Shown: positions 11,616 to 25,290, counted from the stretch's first letter. The stretch: DNA of 64,000 nucleotides from Antedon mediterranea (GCF_964355755.1 NC_092671.1:20150001-20214000); one strand, 5' to 3'. Notes: generated by a model from the letters alone, not told the origin. Translations and numbers: made by a program.

Positions 11616-13319
11616 AGGCCAACTCAGACAGCGTCGTACGACGAGGCCCGACGAGACGTCTAATTGTCTGGACCTGTCTTTCCAAAATTTAAGCTTATAT
11701 TTTGTTGAATAATTGAGACTAGGCATATGGGATCCATGTCAGTACAGAGTTGGTAGGCCCATGTAGGCCCCTAGCCAGGCCTTTTAGTAGGCCTATTAGT
11801 TTAGTATCTAAATATGTGGTCACTTAAGCTAGGGCCTAAGGCCTAGGCAGTTAGTAGAAACTTAGGCTAGACCCAGATCCTTTATCTAGGCATAGTAGTA
11901 CATACAGAATAGGAAGTCTAATATGATACAGGGTAGAGTCACATGTCGATCGGTTCAATTGCTTTCATTTTTTAATTACTAGGCCAATACGTAACCTTGG
12001 AATTTTTATGTAGGCCTAAATTAGGCTAAGCTAGGCATTTATTTATTTAGAGTATCTATACAATTCAAGTTAAATTTATAATATTGAACAAAATTATAAA
12101 AAAAATGTGTTCATATATATCATTTAAAATGTCCGATTGATAAGAATTCTTGAGAGACAATGACCAGATAGATATAACTTTTTTTTTATTGTTTTTTTTT
12201 ATTATTAATATTAACAAATTATGTACAAAAGTAAGTCGTTCCATATCGTCTTCATACCTTATATTAAATTAACACACTGTGGCAATGCGCCATATCAACT
12301 TTTTGGACATGTTAGCCTAAAACTAAACTCATTAACTAGTGATACAAATAACAAACAAATAACTAAATTATTTAAATTTAACAATTTATTTTACCTTTAC
12401 TGTGTATATAATATAAATACAATTATTGATAATAAAATTATATCATATTTCACTATTTATTTAATGTTTACATTTACTTGAAATATATACTGTGTATCTG
12501 ATTATATGATATTGATACAACTATTAATAATTAAATTACCTATTTCTATATAGGGCCTATAATACTTGGCGCAGCCTATTTATGTTATCTATTTTGCTAA
12601 TTTTTTTTTGTTGGCAATGAAAGTGAATGAATGAATCTAGCCTAGCCTATTCTCTCTAGGCCTATAGCTAGGTAGTAGGCCTAAGTAAAGACAAACAAAG
12701 TAGTGGAGGCTAGTTTATTTGGCCTAATACTAGGCCCAGGCCTAGGCTAGCCCATAATAATATTAGGCCTAGCCTACCCCTAACTACTTGGACAAACCGC
12801 TAGTTGGCACATCTACCTAGGCCTAGTCTAGGCCAAGGCAAGGAGGTCATAAACATAGCCTAACTTAACTAGGCCTAACCTAGCCTAGGTTAGTAAATAT
12901 TTATTATTTTATTATTTGTTGGACATACCACTTTTTCCTAATATTACGGCGAATTCTTCTACTTTTTTTGCCTAAGCTGTCGATTGCTATACTCTTTGGA
13001 GGTACTGTCATATAGACAAATTTCATTCCTCCAAAGGTCAGTAAGGCAAGACTCGGCCTCTTCTTCACGTGCACCACCACCATTGACCGCCATGACGATG
13101 GAAATAATCCCTGCGAAGCATACTTCGATAAAAACTTTTCCCCTCGTGACCTACTGTCATAATTTAAACGCTTGTGATTGGTCATTACCCAGCAAATGAG
13201 TCATCCCGTCAGGTGAAAATTAAACATGTTTAATATGCTCACGACGACCTAAACTACCCCCGATGCTGTCTCACGACGATCCGTCGGGCCTCGTCGTACG
13301 ACGCTGTCTGAGATGGCCT
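11616..13319 (-). mobile_element. Harbinger deletion derivative
   Basis: About 38-bp TIR AGGCCAACTCAGACAGCGTCGTACGACGAGGCCCGACG and TTA TSD (11613-11615, 13320-13322). The empty site GTTTGG-TTA-GAATCGGAT restores the TGACCT-rich host repeat. Confidence 0.85.
12929..13093 (-). pseudogene. First exon of the Harbinger MADF/Myb-SANT DNA-binding protein (frameshifted)
   Basis: MAVNGGGAREEEAESCLTDLWRNEICLYDSTSKEYSNRQLRQK/KVEEFAVILGKS followed by a GTATGT donor site. 1-nt deletion in an A-run. Confidence 0.7.
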
Positions 13320-13671
13320 TTAGAATCGGATAAAAACTGTGGTCTCTAGGCAGTAAAATAGTTTTTTGTTAGTTGTGACCTTGACCTATGACCTTTCCCC
13401 CTCAAATTCGAACTCGTCCGAGCTTTTGGGGCATAGATCATTGTTTTAATGAGAATCGGATAAAAACTGTGGCCTCCAGGCTGTTCACAGACACACATGT
13501 ATACGGTGTAAAAAGAGGACTTGCATTTGAAACCCCACATGTGAGGACTTCTTAAAAAGAAACAATTTTTAGGCGGGAAACACATTTTTACATTGTTTTA
13601 TATGTGGAGAATATGAATATGTCACTATAATTGTAATTAATACAATTTTTAATTAGTTGATTTTTAACATA

Positions 13672-14015
13672 CAAACTGAGGATACACAATACACTTTCGA
13701 CATCGTATCTACCAACTGAGGACACATACAACTGACATTTCATCTACCAACTGAGGACACATTACAAACGAGGACACACAATACACATATATTTGACATC
13801 TTATCTACCAACTGAGGACACATTACAAATGAGGACACATTCCAAACGAGGACACACACTTTTGACATTTCATCTACTAACTGAGGACACATTACAAATG
13901 AGGACACACAATTATACACACATATTTGACATCTCATCTATCAACTGAGGACACATTACAAATGAGGAGACACAATACACACATATTTGACATCATCTAC
14001 CAACTGAAGACAAAC
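13672..14015. repeat. Minisatellite, about 58 bp unit (CAACTGAGGACACATTACAAATGAGGACAC...)
   Basis: Five to six visible degenerate copies. Confidence 0.85.
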
Positions 14016-14552
14016 ACTTCTGACTGGGATTGCGTACAATACAAAGTTAAAGATGTTAGGTTATATTTTATGTTGTAATTGTCATTGTGTAAGACAAGAA
14101 ATACCAAGCTTTGGGGGTGTGTAGAAAGCGACGACCTTGAATTGGACGACCCCAACGACCCGGGCGACCTCGAATTGAACGACCCATAACACGAAACCGA
14201 CGACCCCTATAGCCTAGCCTAGCCTAGGCCTAAGTGTGGTATAACATCCCGAAGCCGAACATAGCCAAAGATCTTTAAACTATACCTTATTATATAATAC
14301 TCGCAAGCAAGCAATTGATTGAAAAAATACAGAAATATCGCCATTTGATACTGATTGTGTCGACACGAACAAACGAAAAGATATGGAACGCCAAGAGTGC
14401 ATCATTAAAACTGCATTCGACATATTAAAAATAAATTAAAAAGAAATAAATATTATACAATACATGGTGTTAAACCATGGACGTATAATTACATCTCGTC
14501 TTCTTATAACGAACACTATAGGCCTACCAAGCAGCGTAACATGTGCATGGGG

Positions 14553-15361
14553 GGATAATATGACCGGTTGGGCCGCCGACAAGTTGAGCCGCCGGTATTT
14601 CTATGAAACGGCCAGTGCGTCTTTTACGACATTTCGCGTAGTGATAGAGTGGTGTCCTAGTAAGTAGGCCCTACAAAAGTTCATGGTCTTTAGGTTTATT
14701 GTGTCATGAAAATAAATAATAATTACATACTACAATTTTGTTGGTTTGAAACAGCAAAGGAAAGTAGTCATATTTAATAATTTAATTGTTTTTAATCTTT
14801 CAAGGTAAAAATGCAGTGCACTCCATAATATTTTTCTCGCGTGTATGCCTACCACGTAAAATCACGTTGTCTCTCAGGACTAATAGAGTATTGATATTCT
14901 TCGAATGAGGTTAAATAATTATTATTTTTTATTTACTATCTTTTAATATCATATTTTATTGAATTTTACAATGTTAATACACAAAATATTTTACTAAAAA
15001 ACGGTGATTTTATGCAATTATTTTACTTCAATTCAACTGCCGCCTGAGGGGGCAACATGTTTACGTCATTTTTGGCTAAAAACGATCATTTTCGGTCATG
15101 TTTTAGGCCTTATATTTTGGAATCTACAAGTCAGATATTCATTATTTCTCTTTAATTATAATATTTAATAATATATACTAAAAACCGTGATATATAAACT
15201 TTGGAATATACATCGTTATATCTAATAATTAATATAAATAGAACTTCTATTAAATAGAAACGAGCACCGGCGAAAGTAAGCATTTGGCGTTTCATAGAAA
15301 ATAACGTTTTTCTGGCGGCGCCTCAACTTGTCGGCGCGCGCGGCTCAACTTGGCCTAATCC
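14553..15361. mobile_element. Nested MITE with imperfect TIRs
   Basis: Inverted GCCGACAAGTTGAG and TTTCTATGAAAC motifs at both ends; direct flanking repeat TGCATGGG. Confidence 0.5.
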
Positions 15362-15421
15362 TGCATGGGAAGGGCCATAAGAAAGCTTTACATTTCACAC
15401 ATGCATTGTATACGGTCAAAC

Positions 15422-15455
15422 CATGGAGGTATAAAAATATTTTTATACCTCCATG
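15422..15455. mobile_element. 34-bp palindromic P-element-like mini-element
   Basis: Perfect palindrome CATGGAGGTATAAAAATATTTTTATACCTCCATG flanked by a 7-bp GTCAAAC duplication. Confidence 0.5.
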
Positions 15456-17468
15456 GTCAAACCATGGAGCTGGTCAAACCATGGAGGTAAAATAGCCTTA
15501 CCTGCCCCTGAAAAGGGGGCCTGGTTTGCCATGTTTATGATATTTCGTGTGCTAATCGAGTCGAATGCAGTTTTAATGATGCACTCTTGGCGTTCCATAT
15601 CTGTTCGTTTGTTCGTGTTGACACATTCAGTATCAAATGGCGATATTTCTGTATTTTTTCAATCAATTGCTTGGTTGCGAGTATTATATAAGGTATGGTT
15701 TAAAGATCTTTGGTTATGTTCGGCTTCGGGATGTTATACCATACTTAGGCCTAGGCTAGGCTAGGCTAGGCTATTATAGGGGTCGTCGGTTTCGTGTTAT
15801 GGGTCGTCCAATTCTAGGTCGTCCAATTCGAGGTCGTCGCTTTCTACACACCCCAAGCTTTGGGTGGGTTTCTATTAGAGATTACTTTTGCAAACTAAAG
15901 AGAGAAGATTCTTAGAATTTCTAGCATAATTGAAAAATGTAGACCACTGGGACATATTTTAAACAATAATACAGACAGGATAAATTCTGACATTTAGCAA
16001 ATCTACAGTACAGGTACATCACATGCACAGTACAAGGGAGCCTTTCATGCCATCATTTATTCTAGTCGGTTCATTTTAAAGTCTACATCGCAAAAGAAGC
16101 CCATTCTATCTTGAAAAATTGGCTTCATTTCGAGATTACTTTTGCAAGCTTACTGTAAGAGGGTGTTCCAAGGTGTTACAGTGAAATATTTCTTATGTAC
16201 AGAATTGGAGAGATTGGCCTAATTAACAACTGCCTGTAGATGACTTGGTTGACTGCTTATACATCATCACACAGATATAGTTTGGTTTTTAGCCTAAAAA
16301 AAGGTTATTAAAATTCCTATAATACTTTCAGTCTATACAAGACATTTATCAAATGTTACTACACTCTATAGATACAGACTGTTATTCTGTTGAGGACACA
16401 ACTTGAAACAATAAAACTGAAACAGAATATAATAATAATCCTTTTATTAATTGTTTAAAAACAAAATATTGACTGCAAAACATTTTGTAATTATTACGGA
16501 AATTTGTATTACCAGGAATTATGCTTTTGAAGAACATGTAGTTATGTTTAAGTTTTTAAACATGATAATAAAAATACTAGAAACAATTCCAACACAGTAC
16601 AATGTTTATAATATTGTCCAGTATAAAATCAGTTGTCAACATTTTGTGAATACTGATAATTTCTAATCAAACAGAAATCTATTATTAAATTGGCAGAAAT
16701 GATCCCTTTATAAACATTTGTTCAAAAAAACCTATTTAGAACTTTTACTGAACAACAAAATTTAAAATATATAATCCATTACTGTTTTAACAGTTTCACT
16801 CAGACCCTAATGTAATTTTTTTTTTCCACTAGGCATCCGTAGGAAATAGTGTTTGCTTTAAAAAAAAACAGTAGGCCTAGCTACTATTGAAAAATCTAGT
16901 GGTACGTGGCATCAAGCTAACATAAAACTTAAATAGCAATGTAAAAACAAAAATACTCATTTTGACCACACACAAAAAATTTTAATGTAGTGAGATGTTT
17001 ATCTTTTTTTAAATAAATAATTTATTTATAAAATATTTTTAATACATTCAATTCAATTTCAATTCCAAGTCCAATACGAGGAAGATTGTGTAACAATGAG
17101 GTAATTTCCCGATTGATCGTAATCAAAACGGTACTGGCTATGGTCTACTAGCTTTTCTGCTCCCAACTCGTCATCCATTCATAGAAGCCTTGATGAAGTA
17201 AGCCTACCTGGTGGTAACCATAGAAACGGTTCCGAGATAACGACTATACTTCGGCTTTAGTTGATAGAAGATTGAAAAATTGGTTAGAGAGAGTATACGG
17301 TGTTTATATTAGTGTTTTATTTGTTACATTATGTGTGGAAGAGTCTATATAGAATTGATGCTCCGCGTTATTATAGTCATAATGATTAGTCCATGTCGTT
17401 TTGGTTAACCTATATTATTTTATACACATTTAAGATAATTAAAATAAATTTTATGATTATATTATTAA

Positions 17469-17499
<31 letters not shown>

Positions 17500-17697
17500 A
17501 GGCTACTTTCCGTTGTCGAAAAATGTCCTAACGTTGATAAATGAGTTCAGTGGGGTCTAAAGAACACATTTCATCAAAAAAAACTTTTCTTGCAATTTGT
17601 GTGAGTTAAAACTCTAAATCCCATGGACTAATAGGCCTCTTTGTATCTAAAGAAGTAACATGTCACAAAATCTGCCATAATATTCTTCTCTGCACAG

Positions 17698-19463
17698 TAT
17701 AACATATAATATATATTTGATATTTTATGTTATGTTCCGGCCGACTCCAATAATAATGAAAATACACACTTCAAATATGTATAGTGGTTTTAGATGTTTT
17801 ATTCTCACTCCTTTTATATCTACACATGTGCTCCGTCTTATTATTCTTTCTTTTCTCTTCCGCCCTCTATCGGACGTTATGTCTTGTATATTTGGAGGGT
17901 TACATTATTCCCCCTCTCACTGAGAAGTGTCCCACTTCTTCAAATTATAGAATAATTACAGTATTATTCGGAACATTAAATTAGTACAGGTATTTAGAAA
18001 TCCATATTATGAATAGTTTGATATAGGTTATTTTAGCAATTGTATATTAAATAACATCAAGTGGACATCTGTGTCAAAGGATTGGTAATTGGTAAACGTG
18101 TTTGGTAGGTTTGGTGATTGGTAACTTGCTAACTTGATTGGTAGGTGTGGTGATTGGTAAATTGGTCTCAATCTAAAATAAAATTCTCTCCACCAAATCT
18201 ACATTCTCCAAAAAATCTATCACTCTCTGCAACAATAAAAATAAAACTCCAATCATATAATATACGAAAAGCGTACATCAGCACCTCTACCTGAAACATA
18301 TGAACTGCATACGAAACAAAACATTCATTCAAACTCATTCTCTGTCTAAATAACATACGAACAGCGTACCTTATAAACTGACAATCAATAAAACATACAC
18401 TTACATATTGTATGAACAGCATACAGTACAGGCCATCTTCAAACATAATCAATAAAAACACAATAAACAATCTCAAAATATTCTGGAATAATCAGGCTGA
18501 TGAAAACATATTTGACTGTAAATGTAGATCGATGACTGAATAGGAACAGGAGGAGGCCCCCAACCACTAACTAAAAACATGGATAAAACAAATCTATTCT
18601 ACTTTAACAAACACTTGTGCAAAAAAAAATTACGCACGCGCACGGCAAAATCATACCCTCTGCGTATATCTTGTCCTTATCGGCATCCGCAAAAAAAAAT
18701 GAATAAAGAAATAAACAAATAAATAAATAAAACTGTAGAGTAACCGTTACTCTAAAAAACGTTTCGGTAATTTAACAACTCTACCACATCTTGTGGTTTC
18801 AGGAACAGAGCGATGCATTTGTTTGGTATCCTGTTGAATACGAGGTAAATTCTCTTCTTGTGATGTAGCCATTGCTAACAATTAAAAATGCAACGTGTGT
18901 CCATGTACAGTATAAATGAACAGGATCTTACCCACTTGGTTATGGCTGGGCAAGTATAAACACGTCGATCGTTTTTAATCTTACACAGTATTCGAATAAT
19001 TAATGTCTGTATGTAACTGCAGTAACAAGATGATCGAAGTATGAATGAAATCATATACTGTACCGTTAATTGTAGACAATCCGAAATAAATAAAATGAAA
19101 TTCTGACAAGCGTACATCCGTATCGGAACGGCTCCACAGACGGCGAACGTACGGTGTAGTCCGTGCTGTGTTGTGTGACGTGAATGTTTGGAGTCAGGCT
19201 ACAGCGATTCGATGTAGTCTTGCCGATGTAAATTACAAGAAAACTGGTCACGACACCAATATAACATATAATATATATTTGATATTTTATGTTATGTTCC
19301 GGACTCCAATAATAATGAAAATACACACTTCAAATATGTATAGTGGTTTTAGATGTTTTATTCTCACTCCTTTTATATCTACACATGTGATTTGTCTTAT
19401 TATTCTTTCTTTTCTCTTCCGCCCTCTATCGGACGTTATGTCTTGTATATTTGGAGGGTTACA
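17698..19463 (-). mobile_element. Non-autonomous LTR element (TRIM-like)
   Basis: LTRs 17698-17904 and 19260-19463; 4-bp TSD ACAG; PBS TGGTGTCGTGACCAG (tRNA-His-like) next to the 5' LTR; PPT GAGAGGGGGAATAA before the 3' LTR; non-coding interior of about 1.35 kb. Confidence 0.9.
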
Positions 19464-21235
19464 ACAGCACTGCTTTAATCAAAGATCTCTACCACATTGT
19501 GAGAATAGACTCGTATGATTAGATTTTAAATTTAACAAAATAATACTAATAACTACTCACTTTCGGATTGAAGTATCTTCTGCTTCTTGTGGACATTATT
19601 ATGGCTCATACAGCAGGCCCGTAGCCAGGGGGGGTTTTTATGGTTCGGGCGAACCCCCCCCCCCTTTACAGCGAACCCCCCTTAACCGACTGCGAACCCC
19701 CATCCCCGACATGCCCAATACCTCACCCTCATCTCCGAAAATCGTCCAAATACGTGCCCAACAGTACAAAAAGTTGTTCGTAAATTAAAAAATTCGTAAA
19801 CTCGTTCGGAATAACTCATACAGTACCTTCTTCCCTGCATGAGCGTACTTCGAGCGATATAGTCTGTAAATTTCTAAGAGTTGCAAATGAATTGCCGATT
19901 TTAACCTGAAAAATAAATGTTTGGTCCCTGCATTCAACATGATATTGACGCGTCTCACAGCGAGCTGGGGGACGAACGATTCGTACAAAGGACACCGCCA
20001 GACAACTGCGTACCAATTGTTTAGATCACTGGCAGTCAGGCAGCATGCATAAAGTATATAGCCTTCCGACATACATCAGTATTTATGTGTGGCTATGAAG
20101 TATAATGTATCATAGAGGATTATAGTGAATATTAATATTTTACACTATAAAATCTATGGTATCATGTACTGTAGTTCACATTATGGCATCCGATTATTTT
20201 TTTCTAGACCACCAGCCGATACGTACTCAAATGTATCAATATCACCTATTTACATTGGCATATTCATTAGGCGCAGGAGCCCCGGATAGCGTTACGTTTG
20301 AAAACCCCAAAAAGTGAGGTTTTCAACCATTAGCGGCATGACTGATGTGAGTGATTAATGTGTTTTACGGACGGTTTCAAGGACTATCCTACCAGTGGGC
20401 TGTTCACTGGTCAAATGATTGACACTTTTGTATCACCGTTTGTAACTGGAGCTGTGACGACCTTGCAAGAATACTAGGCCAGAATTTTTAATTGAAAAGT
20501 GCCTTGGTATTAACAATAACATGGAGATGGAAACAAATTTGTCTATCTTTCTAAAATAAATGGTCACTATAGTTTCAAACTAGGCTTAGTCCACCACATT
20601 AGTAATTACGAATCGAAACCTAAATTAAAATTGTTGGTATTCTTTGGCCGTTGTTTGATTAATTACATCTTCATGCCATGTTTTTTTTCTCTAATGATTT
20701 GGCGATACGCTCCTATATTAATTAGGCATACTAGCAGAGGGTTCGATGAGTTTTGAAAAGTTATGGAAATGTGGTCTAACATATAGCAATTCAGTTTTTT
20801 AAGGCCCTTCTTCCTTCTCCGAGCCTTTGGAAATATTAAAAAGTTATATTAATATAATATATTCTGTGTTTTCATGTTTTGAGAAATTGTATATCATTTC
20901 AGATGTTTCGCGCTGCGCTTTTATTTGTTTCGCGCTTCGTCTTGTTCGAGCTTCCTCCGTACATACCGATAATTAATATGATTTTTCATTTCATTTTTTG
21001 TACATTATTAACAAATAGCATACAGAACCCCATACAGAACATACCCTTCTCTGAGAAAACACTTGTGGGCGATTCCCCGAATACGACATGATGGAATAGC
21101 TTTGGAGACTTTGACTTTGGAGTAGGCCTAAATCGAAACGTCAAGCAACTCAACAGTTCTTTTCAGAACTAATATAGGCCTACGTGGTGTACCGCAAATT
21201 TATATCAACAAATATGTAACTTGTTTAGCACGTTT

Positions 21236-22810
21236 AAAATGGATAGCAAAACATATTTTTTAAAAAAAACCTGAATTATTTCAAACAGACAGCACATTAG
21301 TTCAAACGGATAGCACAATAGATAGCTCAATCAAATGGATAACTGTACTGTGCATTCTATACGGATTATCGGGTAGCACATTCTTTCAAATGGATAGCAC
21401 ATTCTTTCAAATGGATAGCACATTCTTTCAAATGGATAGCACATTATTTCAAATGGATAGCACATTAGGTAGCACAATCAAATGGATATAGTACTGTACA
21501 TTATTCTATGATTATCGGGTAGCCCATTCTTTCAAATGGATAGCACATTAGGCCTATTTCAAATGGATAGCACATTCTTTCAAATGGATAGCACATTATT
21601 TCAAATGGATAGCACATTATTTCAAATGGATAGCACATTGGGTAGCACAATCAAATAGATATAGTACTGTACATTATTCTATAAGGATTATCGGGTAGCA
21701 CATTATTTCAAATGGATAGCACATTAGGTAGCACAGTCAAATGGATATAGTACTGTACATTATTCTATACGGATTATCGGGTAGCACATTCTTTCAAATG
21801 GATAGAAAATTATTTCAAATGGATAGCACATTCTTTCAAATGGATAGCACATTATTTCAAATGGATAGCACATTATTTCAAATGGATAGCACATTAGGTA
21901 GCACAATCAAATGGATGTAATTGTACTGTACATTATTCTATACGGATTATCGGGTAGCACATTCTTTCAAATAGCACACTATTTCAAATGGATAGCACAT
22001 TATTTCAAATGGATAGCACATTAGGTAGCACAATCAAATGGATGTAATTGTACTGTACATTATTCTATACGGATTATCGGGTATACTATCACATTCTTTC
22101 AAATGGATAGCACATTATTTCAAATGGATAGCACATTAGGTAGCACAATCAAATGGATATAGTACTGTACATTATTCTATAAGGATTATCGGGTAGCACA
22201 TTATTTCAAATGGATAGCACATTATGTAGCACAATCAAATGGATATAATTGTACTGTACATTATTCTATAGCCTACGGATTATCGGGTAGCACATTCTTT
22301 CAAATGGATAGCACATTAGGTAGCACAGTCAAATGGATATAGTACTGTACATTATTCTATAAGGATTATCGGGTAGCACATTCTTTCAAATGGATAGCAC
22401 ATTAGGTAGCACAATCAAATGGATATAGTACTGTACATTATTCTATACGGATTATCGGGTAGCACATTCTTTCAAATGGATAGCACATTCTTTCAAATGG
22501 ATAGCACATTGGGTAGCACAATCAAATGGATATAGTACTGTACTGTACATTATTCTTTACGGATTATCGGGTAGCACATTCTTTCAAATGGATAGCACAT
22601 TCTTTCAAATAGATAGCATATTATTTCAAATGGATAGCACATTAGGTAGCACAATCAAATGGATATAATTGTACTGTACATTATTCTATACGGATTATCG
22701 GGTAGCACATTCTTTCAAATGGATAGCAAATTATTTCAAATGGATAGCATGGATTTGGGTAGTACAATCAAATTGAGCACATTGGGTAACACATTGCATC
22801 AAATGGGAGC
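21236..22810. repeat. Satellite with 20-bp monomer (TTCAAATGGATAGCACATT[A/C]T) and a higher-order unit
   Basis: Runs of 1-4 monomers alternate with a constant block of about 60 bp (GGTAGCACAATCAAATGGATATAGTACTGTACATTATTCTATACGGATTATCG). Confidence 0.95.
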
Positions 22811-22828
22811 CTACTGTACAGTTATTCT

Positions 22829-23005
22829 ATTGAATTGAATTGAAATATATATTTATACTGGGTAACCTCTTCAGTCAAAGACTGGTCTCCCAGAGGGCCC
22901 AGTTGGTGATCAGTGGCTGTGATGTACTAATACACCGGGGTAACCCCCCCACTCGTCTCGAAAGATGTACTAGGTTCTTTAAAGTACACACAAGCTAGAT
23001 GTGTA
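22829..23005 (-). mobile_element. SINE 3' fragment with LINE-derived tail
   Basis: (TTCAA)n tail on the minus strand, CR1/L2-like 3' stem-loop region, and a core resembling deuterostome SINE cores. Confidence 0.55.
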
Positions 23006-23410
23006 TTCTATTATTGGGTGTAGCACATTAAAATTGAGAGGATAAGATGGACATCATAATTTATTATTAAGGGGAAAAACAGCAAATCCTTACTGAGGGG
23101 ACACTCCTATAAAGCGGACATTAAGGGGACGGGGAACATTTAAGCTCAGTGCCAATGTTCACTCAATATATTTTCCATCACAAAATAACAAAAAAGACGA
23201 AATATTTATATCCATTTATCGTTATTAAATAAAAATGGATATCATGATAATTATGATACTTTGTTTGTCTTGAAAGTTTTCATTGGTGAAACGTTGCCTG
23301 CTACATTTTGAATTTCCGAGTCCAGATCAGTATTGGTATTTGTTTTCCGTGATCTATTCTAACTAATGAAACAATTTTTAGAAAATGATATATCTGATAG
23401 ATATCATCTA

Positions 23411-24193
23411 AGGGCGCGTTTATACAACACGCTATTACACGCATATTCTACACGCCTACGAAAAGTGTGTTGTATAACAACAAAGAGATTCCGTGTAATG
23501 AGATTTTAATTGCAAAAAAGGCTACTTGGCTGAATCCTAAAATTTGGTGGATTCCCGGTCGCCGTTACCGTGTTGGAAGTGTCCTCAGGGTATATTTTGA
23601 CCTCTCGTTAAAACAGGTCGTAATATCAATCATGTCATGCGACGTCTAACAAGATTGGGCCCATTTATTGCTGCTTCGCTGCCAGCAATCATCCTCCTAC
23701 CACGTCTTACGCCTAGCCTGGTAGGGCCAACTCGTAGTGGTAGTAGGCCTCTATAGATAGACTATCGTTTCCCACTCCAAACAGAATAAAAAATAACATC
23801 GCAAAAATGGCATCTTCTTCCATAGTGTATAGATGAAACAATGACACCCTTAAAATAACTTTTATTAATTTAAATGAACCGAGAACAAAATAAACAACAA
23901 TGCAAACGTGAACGAATACAATAATGAAAATGGTAAAAACCGCGCGAATACATCGGACAGCGAGGAGGCGACGATGATTTGTTGACAACAACCCAGCCAA
24001 CAATTCAATTCAAGCGATCAACGATTTGACCTTTTGTCCTAGCATGCACTGCGTGTTGATGAAACTTCCGGTACAACACGGTATCGTGATTTCTAGTATA
24101 ACAGCAAACGTTAAGGTGGGTTGACCTCGGTCCGAACAACACGCTAAAAATTTAAGCCGTGTTCAAATTTAGGGTGTTGTATAAACACGACCT
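23411..24193 (-). mobile_element. Harbinger-like deletion derivative with transposase 5' fragment
   Basis: TIR AGGGCGCGTTTATACAACAC / GTGTTGTATAAACACGACCT in a C-TA-G target. Minus-strand RRR...RPVLTRGQ..GHF...GDRES..NFRIQP resembles the N-terminus of Harbinger transposases. Confidence 0.65.
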
Positions 24194-24595
24194 TAGTGAT
24201 GTTTTACATATAAGTTATAACGTTTAACTTTTCATTCTCCATACATTCAATTCTTTTAATATAGTTCTTGTATAACACCATATCAAGTAGTAGTAGAAAT
24301 TATTGTAGGGTTTTCTTATTATTCAGTCAATTCAGTGTTTCTATACAGAAAAGAGAAGTCAGTGGCCTTAACATCAATTAATTGTATAATTTGCACCCAA
24401 GGTCGAATAGCAAGAAACTCAGGTCCAGTTACATTGGTGTTCATTGGTCAATAGGAAATGAACAGCACACTTATGGGTGGTGACAAAGTTTAGTTATTGA
24501 TAAGTTGTCCTTGGGAAAAACACATTAGTTGGGTTGACCATGGGCTGACAGAGTTAACGACTTCGTAACGCTATCCGGGGCTCCTGCGCCTAATG

Positions 24596-25290
24596 TTAAT
24601 TTCCTCAACAAATTGCTGTAAATAAATATTATAGATAGAGCTATAATAAGAATTGCATTTTCCTTCCCCCAGTGTGCTTTTTTCGGGGCTTCTCCTAGAC
24701 GTACGTTCGCATTGAACTTGAACGCAAAACAAAATATCGAGTAAATGATCTAACAATCGGCGGTTCCGCACAGAGCACGCGCATCTAACATACGGCAACA
24801 AATGTTATCGTTTAAATAGTCCACAAGTCCAAGTACGATCGTTTTGCTCATTGGTAGCATGCTGCATGAGAGTGTCTTTTCCGGCCATCTAGGGGTGCCA
24901 TTTAACAAAATTTGCTTCGCCGATACGTACTGAAATGTATCAATATCACCTATTTACATTGGCATATTTAATTTCCTCAACAAATTGCTGTAAATAAATA
25001 TTATAGATAGAGCTATAATAAGAATTGCATTTGCCTTCACCCAGTGTGCTTTTTTCGGGGCTTCTCCTAGACGTACGTTCGCATTGAACTTGAACGCAAA
25101 ACAAAATATCGAGTAAATGATCAAACAATCGGCGGTTCCGCACAGAGCACGCGCATCTAACATACGGCAACAAATGTTATCGTTTAAATAGTCCACGATT
25201 CCAAGTACAATCGTTTTGCTCATTGGTAGAATGCTGCATGAGAGTGTCTTTTCCGGCCATCTAGGGGTGTCATTTAACAAAATTTTCTTC
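24596..25290. repeat. About 372-bp tandem duplication inside the hAT element; the first copy is split by the piggyBac-like insertion (its start is at 20215-20264)
   Basis: Duplicated sequence, reflected in the near-identical track ORFs 24571-24801 and 24946-25173. Confidence 0.85.

Larger units (their letters stand above)
14114..15854. mobile_element. MULE/foldback-like non-autonomous element with about 300-bp TIRs
   Basis: GGGGTGTGTAGAAAGCGACGACC... inverted at 15558-15854. TSD AAGCTTTG (8 bp), or CAAGCTTTGG (10 bp) if the TIR starts GGG. Confidence 0.8.
20265..24595. mobile_element. piggyBac-like non-autonomous element
   Basis: Perfect 32-bp TIR CATTAGGCGCAGGAGCCCCGGATAGCGTTACG. TTAA on the right; the left TSD is partly deleted. 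The empty site GGCATAT-TTAA-TTTCC is preserved in the sister repeat copy at 24961-24976. Confidence 0.7.

Noticed and set aside
17185-17235. Second hammerhead (TTGATGAAG...GAAACGG)
   Set aside because: The core is imperfect and there is no convincing stem I or II.
17461-17497. Poly-A tract as the tail of a processed pseudogene
   Set aside because: No recognisable upstream ORF or TSD could be assigned.
21236-22810. CRISPR-like repeat/spacer appearance
   Set aside because: The intervening blocks are themselves repeated rather than unique spacers, there are no cas genes, and the context is eukaryotic TE sequence.
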